DNA of 54,015 nucleotides from Gemmatimonadota bacterium (GCA_038128265.1 JAYPJE010000021.1:1-54015), one strand, 5' to 3'; counted from the first letter of the stretch, positions 1 to 8,878 are shown. The notes: generated from the letters alone by a model not told the origin. Numbers and translations: made by a program.

Positions 1-1
1 C

Positions 2-118
2 GTCCTGGAGGAAGTGAAAATCACAGTGGAACAGTTCAAGTCGATGGTGGCCGCTGCCGCCGACGATGGCGAGATGATCAAATTGGTGCAGGCGCATATT
101 GCAAAACGCGGCGAGTAG
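2..118 (+). CDS. 3' end of an upstream gene (partial), unknown product
   Basis: Open frame from the window edge, VLEEVKITVEQFKSMVAAAADDGEMIKLVQAHIAKRGE, ending TAG at 116-118, with host-like codon usage. Confidence 0.55.
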   Translation, partial: VLEEVKITVEQFKSMVAAAADDGEMIKLVQAHIAKRGE

Positions 119-235
119 CGTGCTCTCTGATGCGCGGCATGGGTGTTTGTTGTGCGTTCAGGCGCCGCGCGCCCGCGGTGCTATGTCGGCCCAGATAATC
201 GGCGGCAACAGGGTGGTGGCGGAGCGGAAAAGGGT

Positions 236-1201
236 ATGAAACTGATCGTTCAAATTCCCTGCTTAAACGAAGAGGATACGCTGCCGGCAACGATCGGCGA
301 TATACCGCGCCAGGTGCCGGGTATCGATCGGGTCGAGGTGCTGGTCATCGACGACGGATCCACGGATCGCACGAGTGAGGTGGCGCGCGAATGCGGTGCC
401 GACCACGTTATTCGCTTTGCGCAGAACCGCGGGTTGGGGCACGCCTTTAAAGCGGGATTTGATGCCTGCCTGCGCCTGGGGGCCGATATTATCATCAATA
501 CCGACGGAGACAATCAGTACTTCGGTGGCGATATCGACAAGCTGGTTGCGCCGATTATCGAGGGGCGTGCCGACCTGGTCATCGGCGATCGTCAGACGGG
601 CGATATCGCCCATTTCTCCTTTATCAAGCGCCATTTGCAGCGCTTTGGCAGCCGCGTCATCAGCCGCTTGGCCGATATGGATATTCCCGACGTCGCCAGC
701 GGCTTTCGCGCCTTCAGCCGCGATGCGGCGATGCATCTGTCGACGTTCACCGACTTTGATCACACGGCCGAGCACGTCATCGAATCGGGTCAGAAGCGGG
801 TGGCCGTCGTGTCGGTGCCAATTCGCACCAACCCCAAGCTGCGCGAATCGCGTCTGTTTTCCAATATTGGCGAATTTGTCTTTCGCTCGGGTTCGATCAG
901 CCTGCGCGCCTACGCGCGCTACAAAGCGCTGAAAATCTTTGCTCTCTTCGGCGCACTGACGTTTGCAGCGGGCTTTTTGCTCGGCCTGCGCTTTCTCTAC
1001 TTCTTTTTTCTGACCGATCAGGGTATGCTCCACGTCCAATCGCTCATCTTGGCGGCCATTCTCCTACTGGCCGGCTTCCAGATGTTTCTCACCGGCGTCA
1101 TTGCCGATCTGATCGCCACCAACCGCAGCCTGTTGGAAGAAGTGCTCAACCGCGTGCGCCGGATCGAATTGGGTGACGGCGACCGCACCGGCGAGCAGTA
1201 G
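236..1201 (+). CDS. Glycosyltransferase family 2 (DPM1-like) with C-terminal TM helices
   Basis: MKLIVQIPCLNEE, VIDDGSTD, TDGDNQY, DVASGFRAFSR, two hydrophobic C-terminal segments; start trimmed to ATG 236. Confidence 0.9.
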   Translation: MKLIVQIPCLNEEDTLPATIGDIPRQVPGIDRVEVLVIDDGSTDRTSEVARECGADHVIRFAQNRGLGHAFKAGFDACLRLGADIIINTDGDNQYFGGDIDKLVAPIIEGRADLVIGDRQTGDIAHFSFIKRHLQRFGSRVISRLADMDIPDVASGFRAFSRDAAMHLSTFTDFDHTAEHVIESGQKRVAVVSVPIRTNPKLRESRLFSNIGEFVFRSGSISLRAYARYKALKIFALFGALTFAAGFLLGLRFLYFFFLTDQGMLHVQSLILAAILLLAGFQMFLTGVIADLIATNRSLLEEVLNRVRRIELGDGDRTGEQ

Positions 1202-1337
1202 GCGGCATAGACCCTTTCCACGCGTTTTACTCGCCTTTTCATGCAGGAATACCTGCCGTTCGCGCGTCTTATTTGGCATCGTAGAGCGCCATAACTGCGC
1301 GTGCATCGAATTGTTTTTTTCTCAAAAAAAGTTACTT

Positions 1338-1357
1338 TTTGTAATAAAAATTACAAA
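1338..1357. promoter_or_regulatory. Perfect palindrome TTTGTAAT-AAAA-ATTACAAA abutting the argC RBS; candidate operator
   Basis: 8-bp inverted repeat in an AT-rich patch directly upstream of the AAAGGA...ATG of argC. Confidence 0.5.
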
Positions 1358-1365
1358 GGAACGGC

Positions 1366-2334
1366 ATGGCAAATCCCCGGATATTTATCGACGGCCAGGA
1401 GGGTACGACCGGTTTGCGAATACGGCAGATGTTGGCCGATCGCAGCGATGTAGACGTGTTGCTTATTCCCGAGGCCGATCGCAAAGACGCTGCGGCACGC
1501 GCCGACTATCTCAACCGGGCCGACGTAGCTATTCTCTGTCTGCCCGACGATGCGGCTGCCGAGGCGCTGGCGCTGATCAAAGAGCCCACTACGCGCGTCA
1601 TCGATACGAGCACGGCGCGCCGCGTCGATCCGCAGTGGGTTTACGGTTTACCCGAAATAAGCCCCACCCACCGCGATGCCATCCGCGGCGCAGCGCGCGT
1701 GGCCAACTGCGGCTGCTATCCGGTGAGTTTTATACTCGCGGTGCGACCGCTCATTGAGGCGGGTTTGCTGCGCGGCGATGTGCCGCTGACGATTAATGCC
1801 GTGTCTGGCTACTCGGGCGGAGGGCGCAAGATGGTCGAGAGCTACGATGCGGCGGAGTCGGCCGCGCGCGAGGGCGATGCACGCCTGCCCTTTGGCCTGT
1901 ATGGCCTGGTGGGCGAGCACAAGCACGTGGCGGAGATGTGGAAGTTCAGTTTGGCCAATCAGCCGCCGATGTTTGTTCCCTCGGTAGCGCACTCCTTTTG
2001 TGGCATGGTCGTCAGCGTGCCCGTACCCGCTGCGCATTTCGCTCGCGTCGGGGTTGAACCGGCCGATGTGCATGCCGTGTGGAAAGCGGCCTACGCCGAC
2101 GCTCCGATGGTGCGCTTAATCGATCCGCACAGCGCCGACGAGGCCCTGCGCGGGTCTTTTCTGGATATGGACAAACTCAGCTACGGCAACTGCGTAGAGC
2201 TTTCGGCGTGGGGCGATGCGCGCGGCCTAGTGCTGGTCGGTCGCCTCGACAATTTGGGCAAGGGGGCTTCGGGCAATGCCGTGCAGTGTCTCAACCTGAT
2301 GCTGGGCTTCGAAGAGACCGCTGGATTGCTCTGA
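1366..2334 (+). CDS. argC: N-acetyl-gamma-glutamyl-phosphate reductase (type 2)
   Basis: IFIDGQEGTTGL, LCLPDDAA, IDTSTARR, ANCGCYP catalytic Cys, SGYSGGG, LDNLGKGASGNAVQ. Confidence 0.95.
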   Translation: MANPRIFIDGQEGTTGLRIRQMLADRSDVDVLLIPEADRKDAAARADYLNRADVAILCLPDDAAAEALALIKEPTTRVIDTSTARRVDPQWVYGLPEISPTHRDAIRGAARVANCGCYPVSFILAVRPLIEAGLLRGDVPLTINAVSGYSGGGRKMVESYDAAESAAREGDARLPFGLYGLVGEHKHVAEMWKFSLANQPPMFVPSVAHSFCGMVVSVPVPAAHFARVGVEPADVHAVWKAAYADAPMVRLIDPHSADEALRGSFLDMDKLSYGNCVELSAWGDARGLVLVGRLDNLGKGASGNAVQCLNLMLGFEETAGLL

Positions 2335-3095
2335 TGCTGGTAGACACGCACTGCCATCTCGATCAGCTAGACGATGTACGTGCCGTGCTGCAAGAAGCCG
2401 CTTCTAAGGGCGTTATGCGCGTTGTCGCCGTTTCGGAAAACCCCCAATCAATGCGGCGCGTGTTGGAGCTAAAACGCCTATATCCCGACTGCGTGCTCGC
2501 CGGATTGGGTTTGCATCCGGCATGGGTAACACAGCGTGAAGACTGCGTAGAAGCAGCGCTGCAGTGGCTCGAAGAAGCCCTGCCACAGGCCGACGAATTA
2601 GGCGAAGTCGGACTTGACCACAAGTGGGCAACAGAGCGTCCGGCCCAGATGGTTCAAGAGGAAGTGCTGGAGCGCCAGCTGCAGTTGGCCGTCCGCCATG
2701 CCAAGCCAGTCAACCTGCACTCGCGCCGCTGCCTGCGCCAGACTATGGAGCGCGCAATCGCCTTTCGCCGCAGCGCGGGACTCAATGCGCAGATGCACTG
2801 GTTTACCCAATCCAAGAAGCTGGTTCGTATCTGCAACGACGAAGGGCTCTACGTATCGGTTGGCCCCACCGTATTGCACGATGGGCAAGCCCAGCAGGTC
2901 GCTCTGGAAATTGCCGAAGAACTGCTGCTGTTTGAAACGGATGCGCCGGTGCCGATCGGCGGACGCGCAGGCCATCCTCAGCGCGTGCGCGAGGTAGTCG
3001 AGTGCATGGCGCGTCTGCGCGGCTTAGAGACGGAGGAAATGGCTGCGTTGAGTGCGGCAAATTTCGCGCGTTTCCTGTCCGGTGACCAACCTTGA
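2334..3095 (+). CDS. TatD family hydrolase/DNase
   Basis: DTHCH, GLHP, GEVGLD, LHSR, ETDAP motifs; ATG overlaps the argC stop (TGATG). Confidence 0.9.
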   Translation: MLVDTHCHLDQLDDVRAVLQEAASKGVMRVVAVSENPQSMRRVLELKRLYPDCVLAGLGLHPAWVTQREDCVEAALQWLEEALPQADELGEVGLDHKWATERPAQMVQEEVLERQLQLAVRHAKPVNLHSRRCLRQTMERAIAFRRSAGLNAQMHWFTQSKKLVRICNDEGLYVSVGPTVLHDGQAQQVALEIAEELLLFETDAPVPIGGRAGHPQRVREVVECMARLRGLETEEMAALSAANFARFLSGDQP

Positions 3096-3120
3096 CAATT
3101 TATGGGGGCCTCTCTATTGT
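3092..3120 (+). promoter_or_regulatory. sigma70-type promoter for the rfbB-export operon
   Basis: TTGACA (3092-3097), 17-bp spacer, TATTGT (3115-3120). Confidence 0.65.
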
Positions 3121-3307
3121 ATTGGGTCTCCAGTCGTTAAGTCATTGTGTAATGTGTGCGCCGCCCGTATCCTGCCCTAGGCCCTCCGCCTATCGTACAC
3201 GCTTTGTTTCCGGCGTTCCATTGCCTGTTTTTGCGCAGCGGTTTTGACGGTGATCGCAGATAGAACACCGCGGTGTGCCCTGCGTTTCCGCGGATAGGAT
3301 GTGTTTT

Positions 3308-4312
3308 ATGAAGACAGTGTTGGTGACAGGAGGGTGCGGCTTTATCGGCAGCAACTTTGTCCGCTATATGCTGGGCAAGTACCCGGATTACCGACTCGTC
3401 AACCTCGACAAGCTCACCTACGCGGGTAATCCCGCCAATCTGATCGATATGGAAAGCGACCCCCGCTATCGCTTTGTAGAAGGCGATATCTGCGATGTGC
3501 GGATCATCGAACCGCTGGTAGACGAGGCCGATTACGTCGTCAACTTCGCCGCGGAGACGCACGTCGATCGCTCCATTATGGGCGGAGCCGAATTTGTGCA
3601 GACCAATATAAACGGCACCTACGCGCTGCTCGACTGTGCGCGGGAACACGGGGTCGAACGCTTTTTGCAGGTGAGCACCGACGAGGTCTACGGCAGCATT
3701 GACGAAGGCGAGTGGACCGAGGAATGGCCGCTGGAGCCGCGCAGTCCCTATTCGGCGAGCAAGGCCAGCGCCGAATTATTGGTGCGCGCTTTTCACGTTA
3801 CCCATCAGCTGCCCACGCTAGTCACGCGCTGCTCGAACAACATTGGCCCTTACCAATACCCAGAAAAGCGCGTGCCGCTGTTTGTGACCAATGCCATAGA
3901 CGACCAGCCGCTGCCCGTTTACGGAGACGGCTCGCAGGTGCGCGACCACCTCTACGTAGAGGACCACTGCACGGCCATTGATCTGGTCCTGCACCAGGGC
4001 TGCATTGGCGAGGCCTACAACGTCGGCGGTGATAACGATGCGACGGGCATAGAAGTCGTGCGGACGATTTTGCACATGTTGGGTAAGCCCGAAAGCCTCA
4101 TTCAGCACGTTGCCGATAGGCCGGGTCACGACCTGCGCTACGCATTGGATTCAAGCAAGCTCAAAGCGCTGGGTTGGCAGCCGCAGTGCAACTACGATGA
4201 GGCGATGCGGCGAACGGTGCAGTGGTACGTAGAAAACGAGTCGTGGTGGCGAAGTATCAAAGGCGGCGACGATTTTCGCGAATACTACCGGCGCAACTAC
4301 GGAAAGCGATAA
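3308..4312 (+). CDS. rfbB: dTDP-glucose 4,6-dehydratase
   Basis: LVTGGCGFIGSN, DKLTYAGN, FAAETHVDRS, VSTDEVYG, PYSASKA, DRPGHDLRY. Confidence 0.95.
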   Translation: MKTVLVTGGCGFIGSNFVRYMLGKYPDYRLVNLDKLTYAGNPANLIDMESDPRYRFVEGDICDVRIIEPLVDEADYVVNFAAETHVDRSIMGGAEFVQTNINGTYALLDCAREHGVERFLQVSTDEVYGSIDEGEWTEEWPLEPRSPYSASKASAELLVRAFHVTHQLPTLVTRCSNNIGPYQYPEKRVPLFVTNAIDDQPLPVYGDGSQVRDHLYVEDHCTAIDLVLHQGCIGEAYNVGGDNDATGIEVVRTILHMLGKPESLIQHVADRPGHDLRYALDSSKLKALGWQPQCNYDEAMRRTVQWYVENESWWRSIKGGDDFREYYRRNYGKR

Positions 4313-4325
4313 TACAGGAGGAGCA

Positions 4326-6107
4326 ATGAGAACGAGGATATTGACGGGCGCCCTGTGGATGGTGCTCTTCGCCTGGTTGGCGTCCGTGCCCGCGACCTGG
4401 GCTCAGGAAGAAGACGAAATACAGTCTCTGATTGATGACAGTGCCGAGGAAGAAGCCGAGTTAAACAATATCCCCGGTGCGAATATTCCCGGCTTGAACA
4501 ACGATATCGTATCGGGTAAAGTGCGCATGCCTTCGGGCGAAGAGGTCGAGCGCCTGCGCATTAGCCAAGATCGCGAAGTCGACCCTGAAGAGTATATCGT
4601 CGGTCCGGGCGACGTACTTCAGCTCTACATCTGGGGTGAGTTCGACCTTTCCTATATGCTGCAGGTCGATCCCGAAGGCAATGTGCTCATTCCCACGGTG
4701 GGCGCCTTCCGCGTGTCTGAAAAGACGCTGGCCGACGCCAAGGAGCACATTTACGACGCGGCGCAGGACAAGTATCCCGGCGTCGAGGTTTCCATTTCGC
4801 TGGCGAGTATGCGCTTTTTCACAGCGTACGTTACGGGCGCTGTGCTGAGCGAGGGGAGCTTCACCATCCACCCCGCTACGCGCGTTTCCGACCTCATTGA
4901 ACGCGCGGGTGGTTTTCTCGATGAACTGCGGGGCACGACCATCCAGGAAGAAGTGGGCGGCCGCAAGGTGACGCGTGCACGTCAAATACAAAACAGGCCG
5001 GCGGGCCGGCGCACAATCCGTCTAATGCACCGCAACGGCGATACCGAAGACGTCGACTTGAGTATGTTTCTCGCGACGGGTGATTTAAAGCACAATCCCT
5101 ACGTTCGCATGGGCGATGTGCTGCACGTTGGCTTCAGTAAAGAAGCGGTCTACGTATTTGGCGCAGTTAACCAAGAGGGACCACAGGAGTACCGCAAAGG
5201 CGATACGTTCGGCGATTTGATTACGCTGGCAAAGGGCGTGCGCGTAGACGAGCCGCTAATGCGCGCCGAGCTGTGGCGCTTTGAGACCGGCACGGAAAAT
5301 GCGCAAGAGATCGTTTTGGGCGACAATACAGTGGCGGGTCAGGAGTTTGACTTGGACGACCTTACCGACGTGCCGCTGCAGCCTAACGACATGGTCTTTT
5401 TACGTTCTCGTTCGCTGTGGCAGCAGATGCCTACCGTGCTGGTGTACGGGGAAGTAAAGTACCGCGGTCGCTATCGCATAGTCGAGGGCCAAACGCGCGT
5501 GCGCGACATTGTGGACGGTCCGGCCGGCGGGCTCACGGATAAAGCCTCGCTGATTGCATCGAAGGTTATCCGCTCTAAATTGCGCAACCAGGTCGACCCA
5601 GAGTTAGACCGCTTGCGCAGGCTGTCTCAGGTTAGCGGTTTGGCCGATATGACGGCTGAAGACAAGGCGTATTTGAAGACCAAAGGCCGCGAGGAAAAAG
5701 GGCGTGCTGCTATGGACTTTGAGCGCTTGTATGTGGCCGGCGACGAGTCGCAGAATATTCTGCTGGAGAGCGGAGACGTCATTTATATTCCGACCGAGCG
5801 GCGCACGATTAGCGCCAGCGGTCAGATTAAGAAGCCGGGTTTGATTGACTTTGAAGAGGGCCGAACCGTGAGTTACTACATCGAGCGGGCTGGCGGCTAT
5901 TCCTACGGGGCAGACCGCGACGGAGCACGCCTGATTCGCGCGCGCACCGGCCTGCGCGAAGAACTCGAAAACAACTTAATCGTCGAGGCGGGCGATGAGC
6001 TGTGGGTGCCGGAAAAGGAGCGCATCAACGTTTGGGAATTTACCCAGTCGACGATGCGCACGATCGCCGAGACGCTGACCCTGATCATTCTCATCCGGTC
6101 CTTCTGA
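4326..6107 (+). CDS. Polysaccharide export protein with multiple SLBB domains (Wza/KpsD-like)
   Basis: Signal peptide; YIVGPGDVLQLYIWG export domain; repeated V.G.V..PG / AGG SLBB motifs; GGAGGAG RBS. Confidence 0.85.
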   Translation: MRTRILTGALWMVLFAWLASVPATWAQEEDEIQSLIDDSAEEEAELNNIPGANIPGLNNDIVSGKVRMPSGEEVERLRISQDREVDPEEYIVGPGDVLQLYIWGEFDLSYMLQVDPEGNVLIPTVGAFRVSEKTLADAKEHIYDAAQDKYPGVEVSISLASMRFFTAYVTGAVLSEGSFTIHPATRVSDLIERAGGFLDELRGTTIQEEVGGRKVTRARQIQNRPAGRRTIRLMHRNGDTEDVDLSMFLATGDLKHNPYVRMGDVLHVGFSKEAVYVFGAVNQEGPQEYRKGDTFGDLITLAKGVRVDEPLMRAELWRFETGTENAQEIVLGDNTVAGQEFDLDDLTDVPLQPNDMVFLRSRSLWQQMPTVLVYGEVKYRGRYRIVEGQTRVRDIVDGPAGGLTDKASLIASKVIRSKLRNQVDPELDRLRRLSQVSGLADMTAEDKAYLKTKGREEKGRAAMDFERLYVAGDESQNILLESGDVIYIPTERRTISASGQIKKPGLIDFEEGRTVSYYIERAGGYSYGADRDGARLIRARTGLREELENNLIVEAGDELWVPEKERINVWEFTQSTMRTIAETLTLIILIRSF

Positions 6108-6132
6108 TTGATACAAAGGAGCCATTAAGTCC

Positions 6133-7320
6133 ATGGAAAAAAAAGAGGTCGATGTTCTCGATCTATTCTCCGCGCTCTATGCTGGTCGGGGACTCATTGT
6201 CGGCGGCACGCTGTTTATCTGCGTGCTAGCAGGAGCGCTGAGCTTCATGATCCCCGAAGAGTACGAAGCGACTACGCAGCTGCTACCTCCCAAAGAACAG
6301 AAGCAGGGATTCGGCTTTTCCGACCTGCTATCAGCGCTGCCCATTCCGACGCTGCGCCTGGGTGAGAAGGGCACGCCGGCAGATATCTTTATCGCTACGC
6401 TCAAGAGTATGCAGACTCGGCGCAGCATGGTAGATCGTTTTGGTCTCAGGGAGCGCTACGAGGCCGAGACGATGACCGATGCCGTCGAAATTCTAGCTGA
6501 GAAGACGATTGTCGATAAGAGCGAAGAGGGCACGATCGTCATTTCCGTTTTTGACCGCGATCCCGAAACGGCCGCGCGTATGGCCAACCATTATGCGGTC
6601 ATTTTGGATAGCACGAACAAGGCGATTGGGCAAAGCTCGGCCAAAGAGCGCATGAATTTCATACAGGTTCTGCGCACGGAAGGCGAGACGCGCCTCGACT
6701 CAGTAATGGGTAATTTGCAGGAATTCCAGTCGGAACATAACGCCATTTCGATCGAAGATCAGGCGCGCGCGGTGATCGGCGCTGCGGCGGTTATGCAGAC
6801 GGATGCTATGGAGTTGGAAATTACCCGTCAGGGTATGATTGCCTCGGGACTTGACGAGTCGCACGACCGGGTCAAAAAGCTAGAGCGCGAAATTTTGCTG
6901 CGCCAGGACGCAATGGCTTTTCTGCGCGATGGGCTTCACGCCGATAGTCGCGGCCTGTCGCAGGGGCGCCAGACCTTTGAGCTCGAAATGCAGGAAAACC
7001 TCTTTCTGCCACTGCGCGACATACCTAAGGTTGCACAGGACTATGCGATCCTCGAAAAAGACGTGCTGGTGCAGAAAGCGCTTATGCAGCTTCTCTTGCA
7101 GCAGGAGGCCGAGTCGCTTATCGAGTCGCGCAACAACACGGCTACGGTACAGGTGCTCGACCCGGCCATGCCGCCGGAAATAAAGGCGCGTCCGCAGCGC
7201 CTGCTCATCGTATTTATCGCCGGTGTGCTGAGTCTATTTGCTTCGATTTCCTACACGCTGGGAGCCGTCTACGTGCGCAGCTTGCGCCAGCGCTGGTCAG
7301 ATCAGCGCGCGCAGGCCTGA
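6133..7320 (+). CDS. Wzz/GumC-type polysaccharide co-polymerase without kinase domain
   Basis: N-terminal TM plus Y.A...LLPP, coiled coil, VQVLDPAMPPEIKARP plus C-terminal TM. Confidence 0.85.
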   Translation: MEKKEVDVLDLFSALYAGRGLIVGGTLFICVLAGALSFMIPEEYEATTQLLPPKEQKQGFGFSDLLSALPIPTLRLGEKGTPADIFIATLKSMQTRRSMVDRFGLRERYEAETMTDAVEILAEKTIVDKSEEGTIVISVFDRDPETAARMANHYAVILDSTNKAIGQSSAKERMNFIQVLRTEGETRLDSVMGNLQEFQSEHNAISIEDQARAVIGAAAVMQTDAMELEITRQGMIASGLDESHDRVKKLEREILLRQDAMAFLRDGLHADSRGLSQGRQTFELEMQENLFLPLRDIPKVAQDYAILEKDVLVQKALMQLLLQQEAESLIESRNNTATVQVLDPAMPPEIKARPQRLLIVFIAGVLSLFASISYTLGAVYVRSLRQRWSDQRAQA

Positions 7321-7323
7321 GCG

Positions 7324-7764
7324 ATGGCTATTCGCGTGCGCGTCGTGCGCAAGACGAGCCAGCCGCTGCCCGCCTATGAGACGGAAGACAGCGCTGGTAT
7401 GGATCTGCGCGCCGAGGTATCCGAGCCTGTTGTCATGGAACCTGGTGCGCGCGCACTGATACCTACGGGACTGTTTCTCGAGATACCTGTTGGCTACGAG
7501 GGGCAGGTGCGTCCGCGCAGTGGGCTGGCGCTCAAGCGCGGTTTGACGGTGCTCAACGCACCCGGCACGATCGATGCCGACTACCGCGGCGAAGTGGGCG
7601 TGGTGCTAATTAACCTGTCGCAAGAAGTGCAGCGGATTGAGCCGGGAGAGCGCGTTGCCCAGCTGCTCTTCGCCCCGGTGACGCGCGGCGAATTGGTCGA
7701 AGTGGAAGCATTGGACGAAACCGCGCGCGGAAGCGGCGGCTTTGGGTCGACGGGCGTGCAATAA
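7324..7764 (+). CDS. dut: dUTP diphosphatase
   Basis: [36 protein letters not shown]. Confidence 0.97.
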   Translation: MAIRVRVVRKTSQPLPAYETEDSAGMDLRAEVSEPVVMEPGARALIPTGLFLEIPVGYEGQVRPRSGLALKRGLTVLNAPGTIDADYRGEVGVVLINLSQEVQRIEPGERVAQLLFAPVTRGELVEVEALDETARGSGGFGSTGVQ

Positions 7765-7814
7765 GTCTTGGCTTGATTGCACGCAGTCGGGCAGGGGAGG
7801 CGTACAGCGTATAC

Positions 7815-7854
7815 GCGAGCGGGGCCGGTAGCTTTAGTTACCGGCCCCGCTCGC
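7815..7854. terminator. Hairpin between the convergent dut and sigma-4 genes
   Basis: GCGAGCGGGGCCGGTA / TACCGGCCCCGCTCGC 16-bp perfect stem. Confidence 0.7.
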
Positions 7855-7879
7855 ATTTATATGGCGAAGACGCGTTTGT

Positions 7880-8224
7880 TTAGGCGACTTTGCGGGCGCG
7901 TTCGCCGGCCGTTTCTACCCGGCGCAGCTGGCGTAGCGCTCCGTCGACGATATCTATTATCTGGCCCGCATCCAGTCCCGTCAGCTCGGCGATGGCTTCG
8001 GCGCTAAGCGGCTCAGAGCCGGACAGACCAAAATACTGGTCGATTACTTTGCACTCGATATCGCCCAGATGTTCGAGCAGGGCGGCCACCGTTGCCACGG
8101 GCGATTGTGCGTCGGCGTCGAGTGCACGGCTGCCGGCCAGGTGGTCGACTGTCCCATTGAGCGCTCCGCTCGTTAGCTGTTCCACGAGCGCCTCTTCTTC
8201 TCTTGATACGAGCTCATTACGCAT
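7880..8224 (-). CDS. Stand-alone sigma-70 region 4 domain protein (114 aa)
   Basis: LEHLGDIECKVIDQYFGLSGSEPLSAEAIAELTGL...IVDGALRQLR matches the sigma-4 pattern L..RE..V...FGL....TLEE......R.RQI...AL.KLR; GGAG RBS; no region 2. Confidence 0.75.
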   Translation of the reverse strand: MRNELVSREEEALVEQLTSGALNGTVDHLAGSRALDADAQSPVATVAALLEHLGDIECKVIDQYFGLSGSEPLSAEAIAELTGLDAGQIIDIVDGALRQLRRVETAGERARKVA

Positions 8225-8410
8225 AGCTATACTCCGTCAAACGTGCATTTTTTGCATGTGTAGCAGGCTCTCGGGTCGTATAAGACCGAGTCAACCCCAT
8301 TGCTATGCAGATTTTGCAGTCAATGGGCACGCATTCCCTGCTACGCGCTGTCATATACGGCATGGCGGCGCGCGGATAACGCTTTATCGCACCGCCTCTC
8401 CTAGTAAATG

Positions 8411-8425
8411 GCAAGATTTATGCCA
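8411..8425 (-). promoter_or_regulatory. sigma54 (-24/-12) promoter facing the sigma-4 gene
   Basis: Minus strand reads TGGCAT-AAATC-TTGC (consensus TGGCAC-N5-TTGC); AT-rich tract 8441-8470 and palindrome 8524-8536 lie upstream. Confidence 0.65.
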
Positions 8426-8611
8426 GACAAGAGAGGTGTCGATAAATTACTGATAAATAAAAACTTGTGTGTTTTGATGTCCGTGTGATGGTGTAAGCAA
8501 AGGAGCGACGCAAAGGGACTCTATGCAATAATTGCACGTAGTCGCTTTGCGCCGGTATAGTACGACCCGGCTCCTCGGGCGAGAAACCGGGTTGTATAGG
8601 CGTGTGGAGCG

Positions 8612-8878
8612 TTAACCGCCAGCAAGCGCGGGCAGGAAGTGCACTTCGCTGGTTGCGCCGACCTTTGCGCGCAGGCCAGTGGTGACGACTTCGCCATCGA
8701 CGGCCACGGCAATCTCGGGTCGGATGCGCTCGTCTTCGTTGCAGATGCGTGCCTTGAAACCGGGATAGTGCGCGTCGAGACTGTCAATTACCTGGCGCAC
8801 CGTATCGCCGGAAACCTCGATTTGGCTTTGCCCACCCGTCAGCTTCTGCATGAGCGGAGGAATCCATGCTATCGGCAT
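8612..8878 (-). CDS. MoaD/ThiS family sulfur carrier
   Basis: Ubiquitin-like size, TV..VIDSLD..YPG, VAVDGE, C-terminal FLPALAGG. Confidence 0.9.
   Translation of the reverse strand: MPIAWIPPLMQKLTGGQSQIEVSGDTVRQVIDSLDAHYPGFKARICNEDERIRPEIAVAVDGEVVTTGLRAKVGATSEVHFLPALAGG

Noticed and set aside
8255..8345. Cobalamin-riboswitch-like words (AGGGAAUGCG, CCCGAGAGCCUGC) in the sigma-4 leader
   Set aside because: The conserved CCCGC.ACUGU core and proper B12 box are absent; kept only as an unclassified structured leader
8506..8555. GACGCAAAG resembling a c-di-GMP-I (GEMM) riboswitch
   Set aside because: Lacks the upstream GGCAAA/GNRA P2 stem and receptor, and no gene lies downstream on that strand; better explained as an inverted repeat
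8272..8569. 9-bp inverted repeat CGGGTCGTA/TACGACCCG as possible MITE ends
   Set aside because: Too short to exceed chance in ~400 nt; no target-site duplication or second copy
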